Assembly: GCA_005773095.1 (NCBI GenBank)
Contig: SXHT01000107.1
Coordinates: 1 to 61,615, forward strand
Origin: Planctomycetaceae bacterium
Lineage (GTDB): Bacteria; Planctomycetota; Planctomycetia; Pirellulales; PALSA-1355
Direction: 5' to 3'
DNA: 61,615 nucleotides
Made by a program: the position numbers and the translations under genes. Below the pieces are notes generated by a model. The model ran no database searches. It had not been told where the DNA came from and worked only from the letters and a program-made list of their open reading frames with translations. Each line of letters begins with the position of its first letter. The stretch's first letter is position 1. Positions 9,775 to 17,995 of the stretch are shown in pieces.

Positions 9775-10647
9775 TCAGGCAGTATGAAACCGGTCGTACA
9801 CGGTTTGCAGTCCGATCGGCTCGACGCGCACCTCCTCAAGCGGCAGCGTGGCAAGCCAACCAAGCACGGGCGACAACTCGCTCGGCGTTTCGATGGTCAC
9901 ATCACCATTGCGGCCGGGATACACTTGCACCTGATCGGCAAGCGCAGGGGGCACGGGGGAAATTGGGCCCGTCAGCTGGGCGCGAATCCGATGCTGGCGT
10001 CGCAGCTCGTGCATCGCTTGCACGTGTACCAGTTGTCCCGCGCGCAAGAATGCCACGCGGTCGCACGTCGTTTCCACTTCGGAAAGCACGTGCGAAGAGA
10101 ATAGCACGGTTCGGCCCGATTCTTTCGCTTCCAACACAAGCTGGCCCACCTCGCTCCGCATGGTCGGGTCGAGATTGGAAGTCGGTTCGTCCAGGATGAC
10201 CAGCGACGCCTCAGGGGCGAGTGCGATCGAAAGCGCCAGCTTTTGCCGCATGCCCGTGGACATCAGCGCGACGCGTTGCGAGAGATCCAAACTCAACCGT
10301 TGAGCCAACCGAAGTGATCGTTCCAGTGTGCCGTTGCGACGTAGCGCCGCAAAAAAATCCAGCACTTCGCGGCCGCGCAGGTTGCGAAACAGCCGGGTCT
10401 CACCCGGCAGGTAGCTGACTCGCTCGTGAACACGCCTGGCATCCCGCCAGCAATCCAGTCGGTCGATGGCGGCCCGGCCGCCGGTCGGCCGCAGGTAGCC
10501 CATCAGAAGCCGCAAAAGTGTGGTTTTGCCGGCTCCGTTGGGGCCCAGCAAACCAAAAACTTCGCCCGGATTGACGTTCAGGCTGCAATCGGCCAGCGCG
10601 GCGAAGAGCCCGTAACGCTTGGTCAGCAAATAGGTTTCAACGAGCAT
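9775..10647 (-). CDS. ABC transporter ATP-binding protein
   Basis: Walker A GPNGAGKTT, signature LSTGMRQKLAL, Walker B LVILDEPTSNLD. Confidence 0.9.
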   Translation of the reverse strand: MLVETYLLTKRYGLFAALADCSLNVNPGEVFGLLGPNGAGKTTLLRLLMGYLRPTGGRAAIDRLDCWRDARRVHERVSYLPGETRLFRNLRGREVLDFFAALRRNGTLERSLRLAQRLSLDLSQRVALMSTGMRQKLALSIALAPEASLVILDEPTSNLDPTMRSEVGQLVLEAKESGRTVLFSSHVLSEVETTCDRVAFLRAGQLVHVQAMHELRRQHRIRAQLTGPISPVPPALADQVQVYPGRNGDVTIETPSELSPVLGWLATLPLEEVRVEPIGLQTVYDRFHTA

Positions 10648-10834
10648 CGAGAGCTGCCTGGCGACGGAGTTTGCCCCCGCATTGTCCGACGTTCGCCAAA
10701 GTTTGGCAAGGCATCAGCGGCGGAACGGACCGCGTGGGCCGAAGGGTCGAGTGGCTGGACCGACCTGGGTTCGGCGAGAATACGATGCTGCCATGTTCCG
10801 GCGATCGTGATTAGCCCGGCTCAAGCCGGCATCC

Positions 10835-10907
10835 CACCAACCCGAAGCGCCAGCGAGGAAAGTCAGCACTCGATCTCAATCCTCCCTCGCGAACGCGTCG
10901 GGTTGGT
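10835..10907. repeat. REP-like imperfect palindromic element, copy B (arms CCAACCCGAAGCGCCAGCGAGG / CCTCGCGAACGCGTCGGGTTGG)
   Basis: About 22-bp arms with 4 mismatches and a loop of about 27 nt. It shares the CCAACCCGARGCG and CCTCGCGRACGCG...GGGTTGG motifs with copy A. Confidence 0.45.
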
Positions 10908-10994
10908 ATCTGCGTGAACGATGGCCGATTTCCGCGCCGATGACCGCTTTTCAAGGAGCGGCCCACCGGAAAGAATGAAGGGCCGATTCACCAA

Positions 10995-11067
10995 GCGCCT
11001 CTAGCTCAGGGGATAGAGCAACGGTTTCCTAAACCGTCGGTCGCAGGTTCGATTCCTGCCAGGCGTA
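10995..11067 (+). tRNA. tRNA-Arg (anticodon CCT)
   Basis: A 73-nt cloverleaf folded by hand. Acceptor GCGCCTC/CAGGCGT (one 7-66 mismatch), D arm GCTC-AGGGGATA-GAGC, anticodon arm ACGGT-TTCCTAA-ACCGT, T arm GCAGG-TTCGATT-CCTGC, discriminator A. Confidence 0.9.
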
Positions 11068-11145
11068 CTGTACGAGTGTCTCTTATCGCGCATTGGGGCG
11101 AAACAACGGGAAATTGAGGTGTCTTTCACAGCACCCAGGATCAAA

Positions 11146-11187
11146 CTCATAACCTCGAGGTCATAGGTTCGAGTCCTGTCCCCGCCA
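11146..11187 (+). pseudogene. 3' portion of a tRNA-Met-like gene (anticodon loop CTCATAA to discriminator) with no matching 5' half
   Basis: CTCATAA-CCTCG-AGGTC-ATAGG-TTCGAGT-CCTGT-CCCCGCC-A is a canonical 3' half. The required 5' strands (GGCGGGG acceptor, CGAGG anticodon stem) are absent upstream. Confidence 0.6.
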
Positions 11188-11231
11188 CTTGAATTGGGAG
11201 TCGCGAAAAGTCGCGACCCCCGGGTTAAAAG

Positions 11232-11264
11232 AAAAGCCAAGGTCCTCGGGCCTTGGCTTTTTTC
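11232..11264 (+). terminator. rho-independent terminator after the tRNA cluster
   Basis: AAGCCAAGG(t)CC-tcg-GG(g)CCTTGGCTT followed by a T run. Confidence 0.75.
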
Positions 11265-11545
11265 GTCTCAACGCCAGAAACCGCAACGTGTTCGAACATC
11301 GCCACCGGTCTCCTTGTCTCACTTTCAGACATTCGCGCGATGCGCTTCGCCGACCTTCGCGTTGCCACGTCGGGCCAATCTCGCCCGATACTCTCGCTTG
11401 TCGAAGACTCTCACGACGTTTGGGTTAACGGGTGTTGCCTCCCCTCTCGCAGGCCGATTTCACTTGATTGCGTTCGGTATGTTGACCAGCCAACTCGAAT
11501 CGCCGAAGACGCGCTGGGGGCGGCCGCGCGGTTGTTGGCCGCGGG

Positions 11546-13027
11546 CTATCGATTCCTTCCGCTACCCAAACGACCCGCGACGGCACAGCAGGCGAATCCA
11601 GTTATCCAAAGCAATCGCGTCTGCGGTTCCGGCACGGGCGTTGCTGCCACCATCCCCGGCGGCGTACCTTGGCCCCAGTCGCTCAAGACAGTATTTAAGT
11701 CATCTTGGCCGACGAAGCCGTCGCCACTGGAATCGCCCAGGTTCCATTCACCGGGCGGAACGTTTTGGCCCCAAGAGCCAAGAATGATCCCCAGGTCATC
11801 TTGGCCGACGAAGCCGTCGCCATTGAGATCAGCGAGGGCTCGCGTGACGAAAAGCACGCCGGTTGTATAAAGCTGCGAAGTATTCCAGCTCAGGTGATCT
11901 GCGAGTCCGGGAAGCTGTATCGTTGAAAACGTGCCGCTTTGAATGCCCCAGTCGAGGATATCGAACGTGTCGTTGAGTTCGGGTATGAACGTATTGGTCG
12001 TCGTGACTTGCAGCGTGCCCGCCAGGTGGACCGCGCCGCTAACGAGCAACCGGTCATACTCGGCTCCGGGCGTGGTACCGCCTAGTTCGATCTGCAACTG
12101 GCCCGCGGTCGACTCGATGTAGTTGCCATTGACTTGCAAAGCGCCCTCTGAAATTCCAGGGGAAACTACGCCGGAATTAACCATACTGGCAGAGATGTTG
12201 CCATTGCCTTTGATGATTCCCTGCGATCCGACCGAAAGAAGACCGGTGACGAAAACGGCGCCACCATCCGAGACAACAAGTGCTCCGCTTTCCGCGCCGA
12301 TAGCCAGATCTCCGCTGATGATGATCTCGCGTTCGGTGCCGACGGTCATGGCGCCGGTCAAAGACGTGCTCAATCCGGTTTGAAAACGCATGTTTCCATC
12401 AATGGCTTCCATCGTACCCCCCAACACCAAGGCCAGGTTGTTCAGCATGGACGAGCCGCCCGTCCACGACGTGAAAAAGAGTTCGCCGTCATCGGCGGCG
12501 CGGATGAGGCCGTTGTTGGTCAAGTCGCCGGCGGCGCTGTTGATATTGACCAGGCCGTAACCGCGAAGCTCACCGCCGACGTCAATGGTGATATTCGTGG
12601 CTTCGAGTAAGCGAGTGTCGACCATCACGAGCCGTCCGCCGTTGTTGATCAGCAGCGCATCGGTCTCCATTTGGCCCCCCTCGTTGAGGGTGATCTGCGA
12701 CTCGTCGTCTGGCGTACCGGCAATCGTGGTGGATTGGTGAATAACAAGGTTAGGCACAAACGCCGAAATGTCTTCCGTGGAAAGTAAACCGCCGTCCAGC
12801 ACGTGGAGATTGGCGGCGGTTGAGAAGCGAGTGACGATAGCCGTCGCTCCATTTCGCAGATAGACGTCGTCCGAGGCAGCGGGCAAACCGTCTGGGTCCC
12901 AATTGGCTGCGGTTCGCCAGTTGTCGTCCAGTCCGCCGGCATCCCACTCGCGGATAATCGCCCACGCAGGTCGAGCGCAGCAGGAAAGGAGAAACACAAC
13001 GGCGCGAACCCAATTGAGGCGTACCAT
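11546..13027 (-). CDS. secreted autotransporter-like beta-strand repeat protein with two dockerin-like GDGFVGQDDL repeats and a PEP-CTERM anchor
   Basis: Signal peptide MVRLNWVRAVVFLLSCCARPAWA. C-terminus ...ADLNGDGFVGQDDLGIILGSWGQ...GDGFVGQDDLNTVLSDWGQ...VPEPQTRLLWITGFACCAVAGRLGSGRNR. Confidence 0.85.
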   Translation of the reverse strand: MVRLNWVRAVVFLLSCCARPAWAIIREWDAGGLDDNWRTAANWDPDGLPAASDDVYLRNGATAIVTRFSTAANLHVLDGGLLSTEDISAFVPNLVIHQSTTIAGTPDDESQITLNEGGQMETDALLINNGGRLVMVDTRLLEATNITIDVGGELRGYGLVNINSAAGDLTNNGLIRAADDGELFFTSWTGGSSMLNNLALVLGGTMEAIDGNMRFQTGLSTSLTGAMTVGTEREIIISGDLAIGAESGALVVSDGGAVFVTGLLSVGSQGIIKGNGNISASMVNSGVVSPGISEGALQVNGNYIESTAGQLQIELGGTTPGAEYDRLLVSGAVHLAGTLQVTTTNTFIPELNDTFDILDWGIQSGTFSTIQLPGLADHLSWNTSQLYTTGVLFVTRALADLNGDGFVGQDDLGIILGSWGQNVPPGEWNLGDSSGDGFVGQDDLNTVLSDWGQGTPPGMVAATPVPEPQTRLLWITGFACCAVAGRLGSGRNR

Positions 13028-13078
13028 GGCGCCATTCCTTGAAAGCCCGCAAACGTGCTATCCGATAATGAGGAAGGG

Positions 13079-13138
13079 GGGCAATCAATTGCCCTTCACC
13101 GCGTTCAATTGTTCAATTCCCCGCCTGGGAAACAATTG
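13079..13138. promoter_or_regulatory. candidate operator cluster: palindrome GGGCAATCAATTGCCC plus two further CAATTG cores upstream of the 11546-13027 gene
   Basis: CAATTG at 13086, 13106 and 13133. A 16-bp palindrome lies at 13079-13094, 52-110 nt upstream of the ATG at 13027. Confidence 0.25.
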
Positions 13139-13316
13139 CTGGGTTTGTGGAATCCTGTGCGTCTCCAGGTTCTCCGCCACGTTCTTTGACAGAAACCCCG
13201 CCCCGTGGCAACGGAGCAATGTTTCAAATCGAACCTTCCGGATCATCCGTCATAAATCAGGCAAACCGCCTTGGCATCCGACCGTGCTGTTCCAAGACCA
13301 TCGTACCATCGTTCTC

Positions 13317-15014
13317 TCAGCTGGAAGACCCTTCAAACTGGATCGCCGACATCCCGCGGCACTCTTCGAGACTCGTCACACCGACGGCCACGTTGCGCAG
13401 GGCTTCTGTTTCCAGAGTGCTGACGCCGTGCTTGCGGATCGCGATGCGGACCTCATCCTCCGGCTTTCCGTTTTCGATCGCCTGCACGATGCCCGGTTCG
13501 TGGGCAACCACCTCAAACACGCCGATGCGGTCGTAGTAGCCCGTGCCGCGACAGCGCAAACAGCCGACCGGATGACGAATTTCGGCCGGCACCGGCATTC
13601 CGAGGGAACGAAAGACCGTTGCCTCCTGCTCCGTCGGGACGGCCGACCGGTTGCACTCGACGCAGAGCCGGCGGATCAGTCTCTGCGAGATGATTCCAAC
13701 GAGGTTTCCCGCCAGCGAACGATTGTCGATGTGCAGGTCGCGCAGGGCGGTGACCGTGGAAGCGACATCACGAGTGTGCAGACTGCTGAAAACGTACTTT
13801 CCCGAACTGGCGGCGCGCATCGCCGTATCACCCGCTTCGGCGTCGCGAATTTCGCCGACGAAGACGACATCCGGATCGAGCCGTAGCAGCGTTTTCAGAC
13901 CGCTGGTCATCGACGTGCCGTGCCGCAGATCGACGGATATCTGGCGAAACGTGGGGACATCGTATTCAACGGGATCTTCAATCGAAACGATGTTCCTTGT
14001 ACCGTCGTCAAGCGCGTGCAACATCGAATACAGCGTCGTGGTCTTGCCGGATCCGGTGGGTCCGGTCACGAGCACCAATCCCTCGCCATGCTGAAGGATC
14101 TGGTCGATCCGCGCCTGTCCATCCGGTGACAATCCCAATTCTTGCGTCGGTCTCATCAGTCGGTGCCGACTCAGAACCCGCAGCGAGATCGCCTCGCCAT
14201 CCAGGACCGGAACGGCCGTGATGCGAACCTCGTAATCTCGCAGGGACTCTGGCAAGTGCAACCTTCCCTCCTTGGGATGGAAGGGATCGGCGATATCGAG
14301 ACTGGCCGTCAACTTGAGTTGCGTCATCAAAGTGTGCCCCACCTCGTGACTGAGCCGGCAGTAGTTGCTCAGTTTTCCGTCGATGCGAAACCGGACGCCA
14401 AACTCTCGCCCCACGGGATCAATGTGAATGTCGGAGGCCCGGACGGCGATGGCTCGCGAGATCAGCGCAAGAGTTGGGTTGTCCCTCATGTCCGGCGGCG
14501 TCAACTGAGCCGCCTCCGTCTGCTCCGCCGGAGGTTTCTCCAGAATCGTCCACTTCTCCGAGACAGAATCGGCGGTAGCGCCGTTTTCTCCCCCCGCCTT
14601 CCGACTTGACCGCAGCGTGAGTACCGGACACGGTGCGCGGCGGACAACTTCTTCGGCGACACTCCCCAACAACAGCCGCTGCAGTCCCGTGCGGCCTGTG
14701 GTTCCCATCACGATCAGATCGACTTGCTCCTCGGCCGCGAGGGAAATGATGGTGGGCACGGCAACGCCCTCGACACGCCGCTCTTCAAACCGAACCTGTT
14801 GTTCACCGTCCGACAGAGACTGCAGCAGCAACATTACGTTTTGCGGAAGCGGATCATCCGATCGAACCGCGTCGGGCCACACGTAGGCGGATGGTGCCTC
14901 GTTGACATGCACGATCAGCAGCGAGCCGTTGGCCTCGCGGGCCAAACTCGCTGCGTGCTTCAGCGCTGCAAGGCTGCAATCTGAATAGTCCGTCGGTACC
15001 AGGATTTTGATCAT
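13317..15014 (-). CDS. universal stress protein (UspA) domain fused to a GspE/PilB-type secretion ATPase
   Basis: The N-terminal ~145 aa are Usp-like (MIKILVPTDYSDCS...GTTGRTGLQRLLLGSVAEEVVRRAPCPVL). They are followed by GspE motifs: Walker A GPTGSGKTT, SIEDPVEY, GEIRD and a tetra-Cys CVEC...CLRC. The alternative upstream ATG is at 15041. Confidence 0.85.
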   Translation of the reverse strand: MIKILVPTDYSDCSLAALKHAASLAREANGSLLIVHVNEAPSAYVWPDAVRSDDPLPQNVMLLLQSLSDGEQQVRFEERRVEGVAVPTIISLAAEEQVDLIVMGTTGRTGLQRLLLGSVAEEVVRRAPCPVLTLRSSRKAGGENGATADSVSEKWTILEKPPAEQTEAAQLTPPDMRDNPTLALISRAIAVRASDIHIDPVGREFGVRFRIDGKLSNYCRLSHEVGHTLMTQLKLTASLDIADPFHPKEGRLHLPESLRDYEVRITAVPVLDGEAISLRVLSRHRLMRPTQELGLSPDGQARIDQILQHGEGLVLVTGPTGSGKTTTLYSMLHALDDGTRNIVSIEDPVEYDVPTFRQISVDLRHGTSMTSGLKTLLRLDPDVVFVGEIRDAEAGDTAMRAASSGKYVFSSLHTRDVASTVTALRDLHIDNRSLAGNLVGIISQRLIRRLCVECNRSAVPTEQEATVFRSLGMPVPAEIRHPVGCLRCRGTGYYDRIGVFEVVAHEPGIVQAIENGKPEDEVRIAIRKHGVSTLETEALRNVAVGVTSLEECRGMSAIQFEGSSS

Positions 15015-15153
15015 TGCAAGGCTCCAACGCTTGCGACACAAGAGTGATCACGACCACACGGCAGCCGAATTGGGCGGCCAGCCAATGAAAGACATCCTCT
15101 TGGGAAGGCGAGACGGGTTGTTACGTAAACTCGCGATCACTGATAGACTGTCC

Positions 15154-15182
15154 GTAAATCGTCAAAATAATGACGAATTTAC
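15154..15182. promoter_or_regulatory. near-perfect palindrome GTAAATCGTCA-aaataa-TGACGAATTTAC upstream of the Usp-GspE gene
   Basis: 11/12-bp inverted arms in an AT-rich patch, about 140-170 nt upstream of the start at 15014. Confidence 0.35.
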
Positions 15183-15490
15183 ATAATTCAGGGTGCCGCG
15201 CAGCGTCATGAACGGCTGATAGAGATTTTAATCCCTGATGGCTGTTTAGAATAGGCTGGGACTCGTCTCGGTCGACAACACCTCAGGCGGAGCCGCACGG
15301 GCGGATTTTCAGACCTGGGATATTCACCTCACGGGATACGGCTTCCGGGTCTTGCCGCTGGCGGCCTTTTTGCCGATACTCTTAGCGATACCGACCACCT
15401 TTCGAGTGTCTTGGGTGTCAAAACGGGTGTCAGCTGGCATAATAGCCAGTCGGTAGGAAGCGTCGATCCGTTCGGTAAGATAAGAAATTC

Positions 15491-15564
15491 GGGCGATTAG
15501 CTCAGTTGGTTAGAGCACTAGCTCGACAAGCTAGGGGTCACAAGTTCGAGTCTTGTATCGCCCA
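15491..15564 (+). tRNA. tRNA-Val (anticodon GAC) with an unusual C at position 33
   Basis: A 74-nt cloverleaf: GGGCGAT-TA-GCTC-AGTTGGTTA-GAGC-A-CTAGC-TCGACAA-GCTAG-GGGTC-ACAAG-TTCGAGT-CTTGT-ATCGCCC-A. Confidence 0.85.
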
Positions 15565-15565
15565 C
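15544..15565 (+). repeat. attL-like core (T-loop to 3' end of tRNA-Val), direct repeat of 57243-57264
   Basis: GTTCGAGTCTTGTATCGCC is identical over 19 nt, and 21 of 22 nt overall. Confidence 0.75.
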
Positions 15566-15684
15566 TTAGTCACAAATCTTTGCCGAAGCCCAACTTGGGT
15601 TTCCTTCCTTCCAGGGAAGTGCGGCGAAAAACCCGCAGTGATTTGTCCGTAGGCAAGAGTTCGAAGCTTATGGAGTCGTCAACA

Positions 15685-15843
15685 ATGCCCAACACACCCC
15701 GTGATGCATATCACGACCTCATTATTGTTTCAAACCCGGTTGGCTATTGGCCGCTTCGGGAGAACACCCTGGACGAAAGCGGCCACGGTCGTGATGGAGT
15801 CTGTGTCGGTTCGCCGGAATTTGTTCAGAACGAGACGGTGTGA
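15685..15843 (+). pseudogene. short ORF resembling the N-terminal start of a LamG-type domain (probable gene remnant)
   Basis: MPNTPRDAYHDLIIVSNPVGYWPLRENTLDESGHGRDGVCVG... has the YWPL.E...DESG.G.DG pattern that begins LamG modules, but it stops after 52 aa. Confidence 0.3.
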
Positions 15844-15865
15844 TAGGTCACAAGCAGAGCAACCA

Positions 15866-16195
15866 ATGGCCTACAGCGAATCCCTCGCCGAACGGATACG
15901 TCAGGCTTTGCGACAGCGACCGGACATCCAGGAAAAGAAGATGTTCGGTGGTGTCGGTTTCTTGATGAACGGCAATATGCTGGTCGGGGTTTGGCAGCAA
16001 TCACTAATCGTTCGCCTCGGTGCCGAGCAAGCCAAGGACGCCTTAAAGCAGCCGTTCGTCGGAGAATTCGACATCACGGGCAAGCCAATGAAAGGCTGGG
16101 TGATGGTCGATCCGGACGGAATTGATTTCGATTCAGACTTGCGGGCATGGATCGAACAAGCGGAGACGTTTGTTGAAACGCTGCCGAAGAAGTAA
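15866..16195 (+). CDS. TfoX/Sxy N-terminal domain family protein
   Basis: 109 aa, MAYSESLAERIRQAL...EKKMFGGVGFLMNGNMLVGV.... Confidence 0.75.
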   Translation: MAYSESLAERIRQALRQRPDIQEKKMFGGVGFLMNGNMLVGVWQQSLIVRLGAEQAKDALKQPFVGEFDITGKPMKGWVMVDPDGIDFDSDLRAWIEQAETFVETLPKK

Positions 16196-16240
16196 AGGAG
16201 AAGCGAGACACGAAAGCAGTCACTTGTTCACCCCATGCGA

Positions 16241-16894
16241 TCACTTCTCGGTCACGTTCGCTGCTTTGACAAGGCTGTTGGGGTACTTGGTTACGGTGTC
16301 CCAGGCCAGTTCTTGCAATGAGCGGTTGAATTTGTCATCCCACGCTTCCCGTTTGGCGTTTTTCAACTTTGAGGGCATCGGTAAATCCACCGGGCTTTGA
16401 CCATAAAGAACTGCAAAGTGCATGTAGGCATTGAGGGCTTCCATTGGAGCCGAAGGATGAACGGCATCGACAAACAGTTCGCCTTGTTTCTTCAAGCCGG
16501 GCTATTCCATGTTGGCGATCTTTGTCCGCAGCGTCGTCATCGCTTGTGCGGTGGGAACCAAGGCGACGATTTTCTTGCCTCGACCGTACTTCTTGTTGAT
16601 GTCCTCGGCTTGAGCTTCCCCTGCCTTGATGTTTCGCTCGAAGAGGGTCTTGAGTTGTTCCGGTGTTTTCTCTTTATCCACGTTGTCGAACGCTCCCTTG
16701 GGGAAATCCTGGTTATCGATGTCTCCACCACCCCAAGAAAGCTGAACAATGAACCGCATGTCGGGATTGTGTTCCAGTCCCAGCTTGACGTAATTCTCAA
16801 TACCCTCATCGGGGAACGAAATTGGCGACATGATAAAGACATCGACCTCGCCCGACTTGAGGGCCTTCTTTGCCTCATTCTTGTCGTCGGGCAC
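16241..16894 (-). pseudogene. N-terminally truncated SGNH/DUF4886-like gene with an in-frame TAG (16502-16504)
   Basis: ORFs 16502-16894 and 16241-16495 are in the same frame and separated only by TAG-CCC-GGC. No signal peptide or N-terminal part is present. The 5' end abuts the SUI1 domain end at 16894. Confidence 0.55.
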
Positions 16895-17652
16895 CCGCCA
16901 ACCCGTTTCACACGATAGCCCATGCCTTCGAGTTCAGAAATGATCCGTCCACGCTGATCACCCTGAATTTCGATTCGACTATCCTTCACCGTTCCGCCTG
17001 TGCCACACCGTTGCTTGAGTGTGGATGCAAGCTCATGTAGACCCGCTGCATCAAGGGGAACATCGAATACCGTGGTCACGCCCTTGCCACGTCGGCCTTT
17101 CGTTTCTCGACCGACTTTTATGACGGCACCGTTTGGCTTTGACGATTTGCCTTCATGCTTGGGAGCAATCTCCTCCGCTACAGGTTCCTGCGAGCGCGGT
17201 TCACGCCGCTTGCCACCGCTGAGTAATCGGGCAGTCAGGTCCATGACTTCGCTTTCGATCAGACCGAATATCTCCGGGGCATCTTCAACTTCCCAGAACT
17301 CGACTTTATCGATCCAATTCGGATGTCGCTCTTCAAACAGAGGCAGATGCTCGGTTTCTTGCAGGGCGACAATGTAATCAGCCCTCTCAAAATCTTCTGT
17401 GGTGACTGGTGCAGGAAAACGAGCGAATTCTTCGGCGGCTCGTATTTCCTTTTTCTCCAATTCCTTAATGGCTGATTTCGCCATTGGTCCGACATTGCCC
17501 AAGCCTCGTTCTAAAGCCAATCCTCTGGAAATTGCCCGCCAATTCAGCCCGAACTTTCCGGCGACCGAGTTGAAAAGGACTTCCGCAAATCGACTGCGGT
17601 AGTAGTTGCCCGTGCAAAGGAACAGGACGGACTTTTCGCTTCGTTTCGCCAT
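16537..17652 (-). CDS. low-molecular-weight phosphotyrosine phosphatase/ArsC-type domain fused to a SUI1/YciH translation-factor domain; the last ~118 codons are probably read-through
   Basis: P-loop LFLCTGNYYRS plus EVEDAP (aa 1-146). A linker follows, then the SUI1 domain VIKVGRETKGRRGKGVTTV...CGTGGTVKD..IEIQGDQR...YRVKRVGG, which ends exactly at nt 16894. The next codon is TGC where a stop would be expected. Confidence 0.75.
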   Translation of the reverse strand: MAKRSEKSVLFLCTGNYYRSRFAEVLFNSVAGKFGLNWRAISRGLALERGLGNVGPMAKSAIKELEKKEIRAAEEFARFPAPVTTEDFERADYIVALQETEHLPLFEERHPNWIDKVEFWEVEDAPEIFGLIESEVMDLTARLLSGGKRREPRSQEPVAEEIAPKHEGKSSKPNGAVIKVGRETKGRRGKGVTTVFDVPLDAAGLHELASTLKQRCGTGGTVKDSRIEIQGDQRGRIISELEGMGYRVKRVGGCPTTRMRQRRPSSRARSMSLSCRQFRSPMRVLRITSSWDWNTIPTCGSLFSFLGVVETSITRISPRERSTTWIKRKHRNNSRPSSSETSRQGKLKPRTSTRSTVEARKSSPWFPPHKR

Positions 17653-17749
17653 CTTTGCGATGCCTTCGCCTTGTGGAATAGAGACACTTTTGACCGTCTC
17701 AAAATACCATATACTGCTTACCGAGGAACAACCCTAAAGGTCGATACGA

Positions 17750-17848
17750 ATGACTGACATCCCAACCCGTGAAACGTTCGAAAATCTCTATGCCGGCAGA
17801 GCTCCTTCCGGCCTGAGCCGTACTACGATATGCCTGCCCACATCTTAA
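17750..17848 (+). pseudogene. 32-codon remnant resembling the N-terminus of a class I SAM methyltransferase
   Basis: MTDIPTRETFENLYAGRAP... resembles the F..LY.....PWD start of such methyltransferases, but it diverges and stops at 17846-17848. Confidence 0.25.
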
Positions 17849-17995
17849 CCGTAGGTGCAGGTGTTGGGCAGCCACTTCCACGGGACTGATTTAATTTGTC
17901 TTCCGATTCCTTTCCTCGAATAATCCTTCGGGTGAACCGATGCCCTCGTCTGCGTGTCTGTTAAAAGACACATTCCCTTCCCAAGGAGGTTCATT

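Noticed and set aside
9570-9863. 97-aa minus-strand ORF across the ABC operon spacer
   Set aside because: It overlaps the ends of both well-supported ABC genes and mostly translates the AT-rich repeat spacer.
11094-11187. A 93-nt span starting at GGGGCG as a complete long tRNA (Sec/class II) or a tmRNA end
   Set aside because: No acceptor pairing is possible between GGGGCGA and CCCCGCC. No D arm is present. The anticodon loop is canonical for CAT, not UCA. Only the 3' 42 nt fold as tRNA.
16502-16504. In-frame TAG as programmed read-through or pyrrolysine
   Set aside because: No pyl genes are visible. The gene is also N-terminally truncated and sits in a region full of other lesions, so a pseudogene or sequencing error is the simpler explanation.
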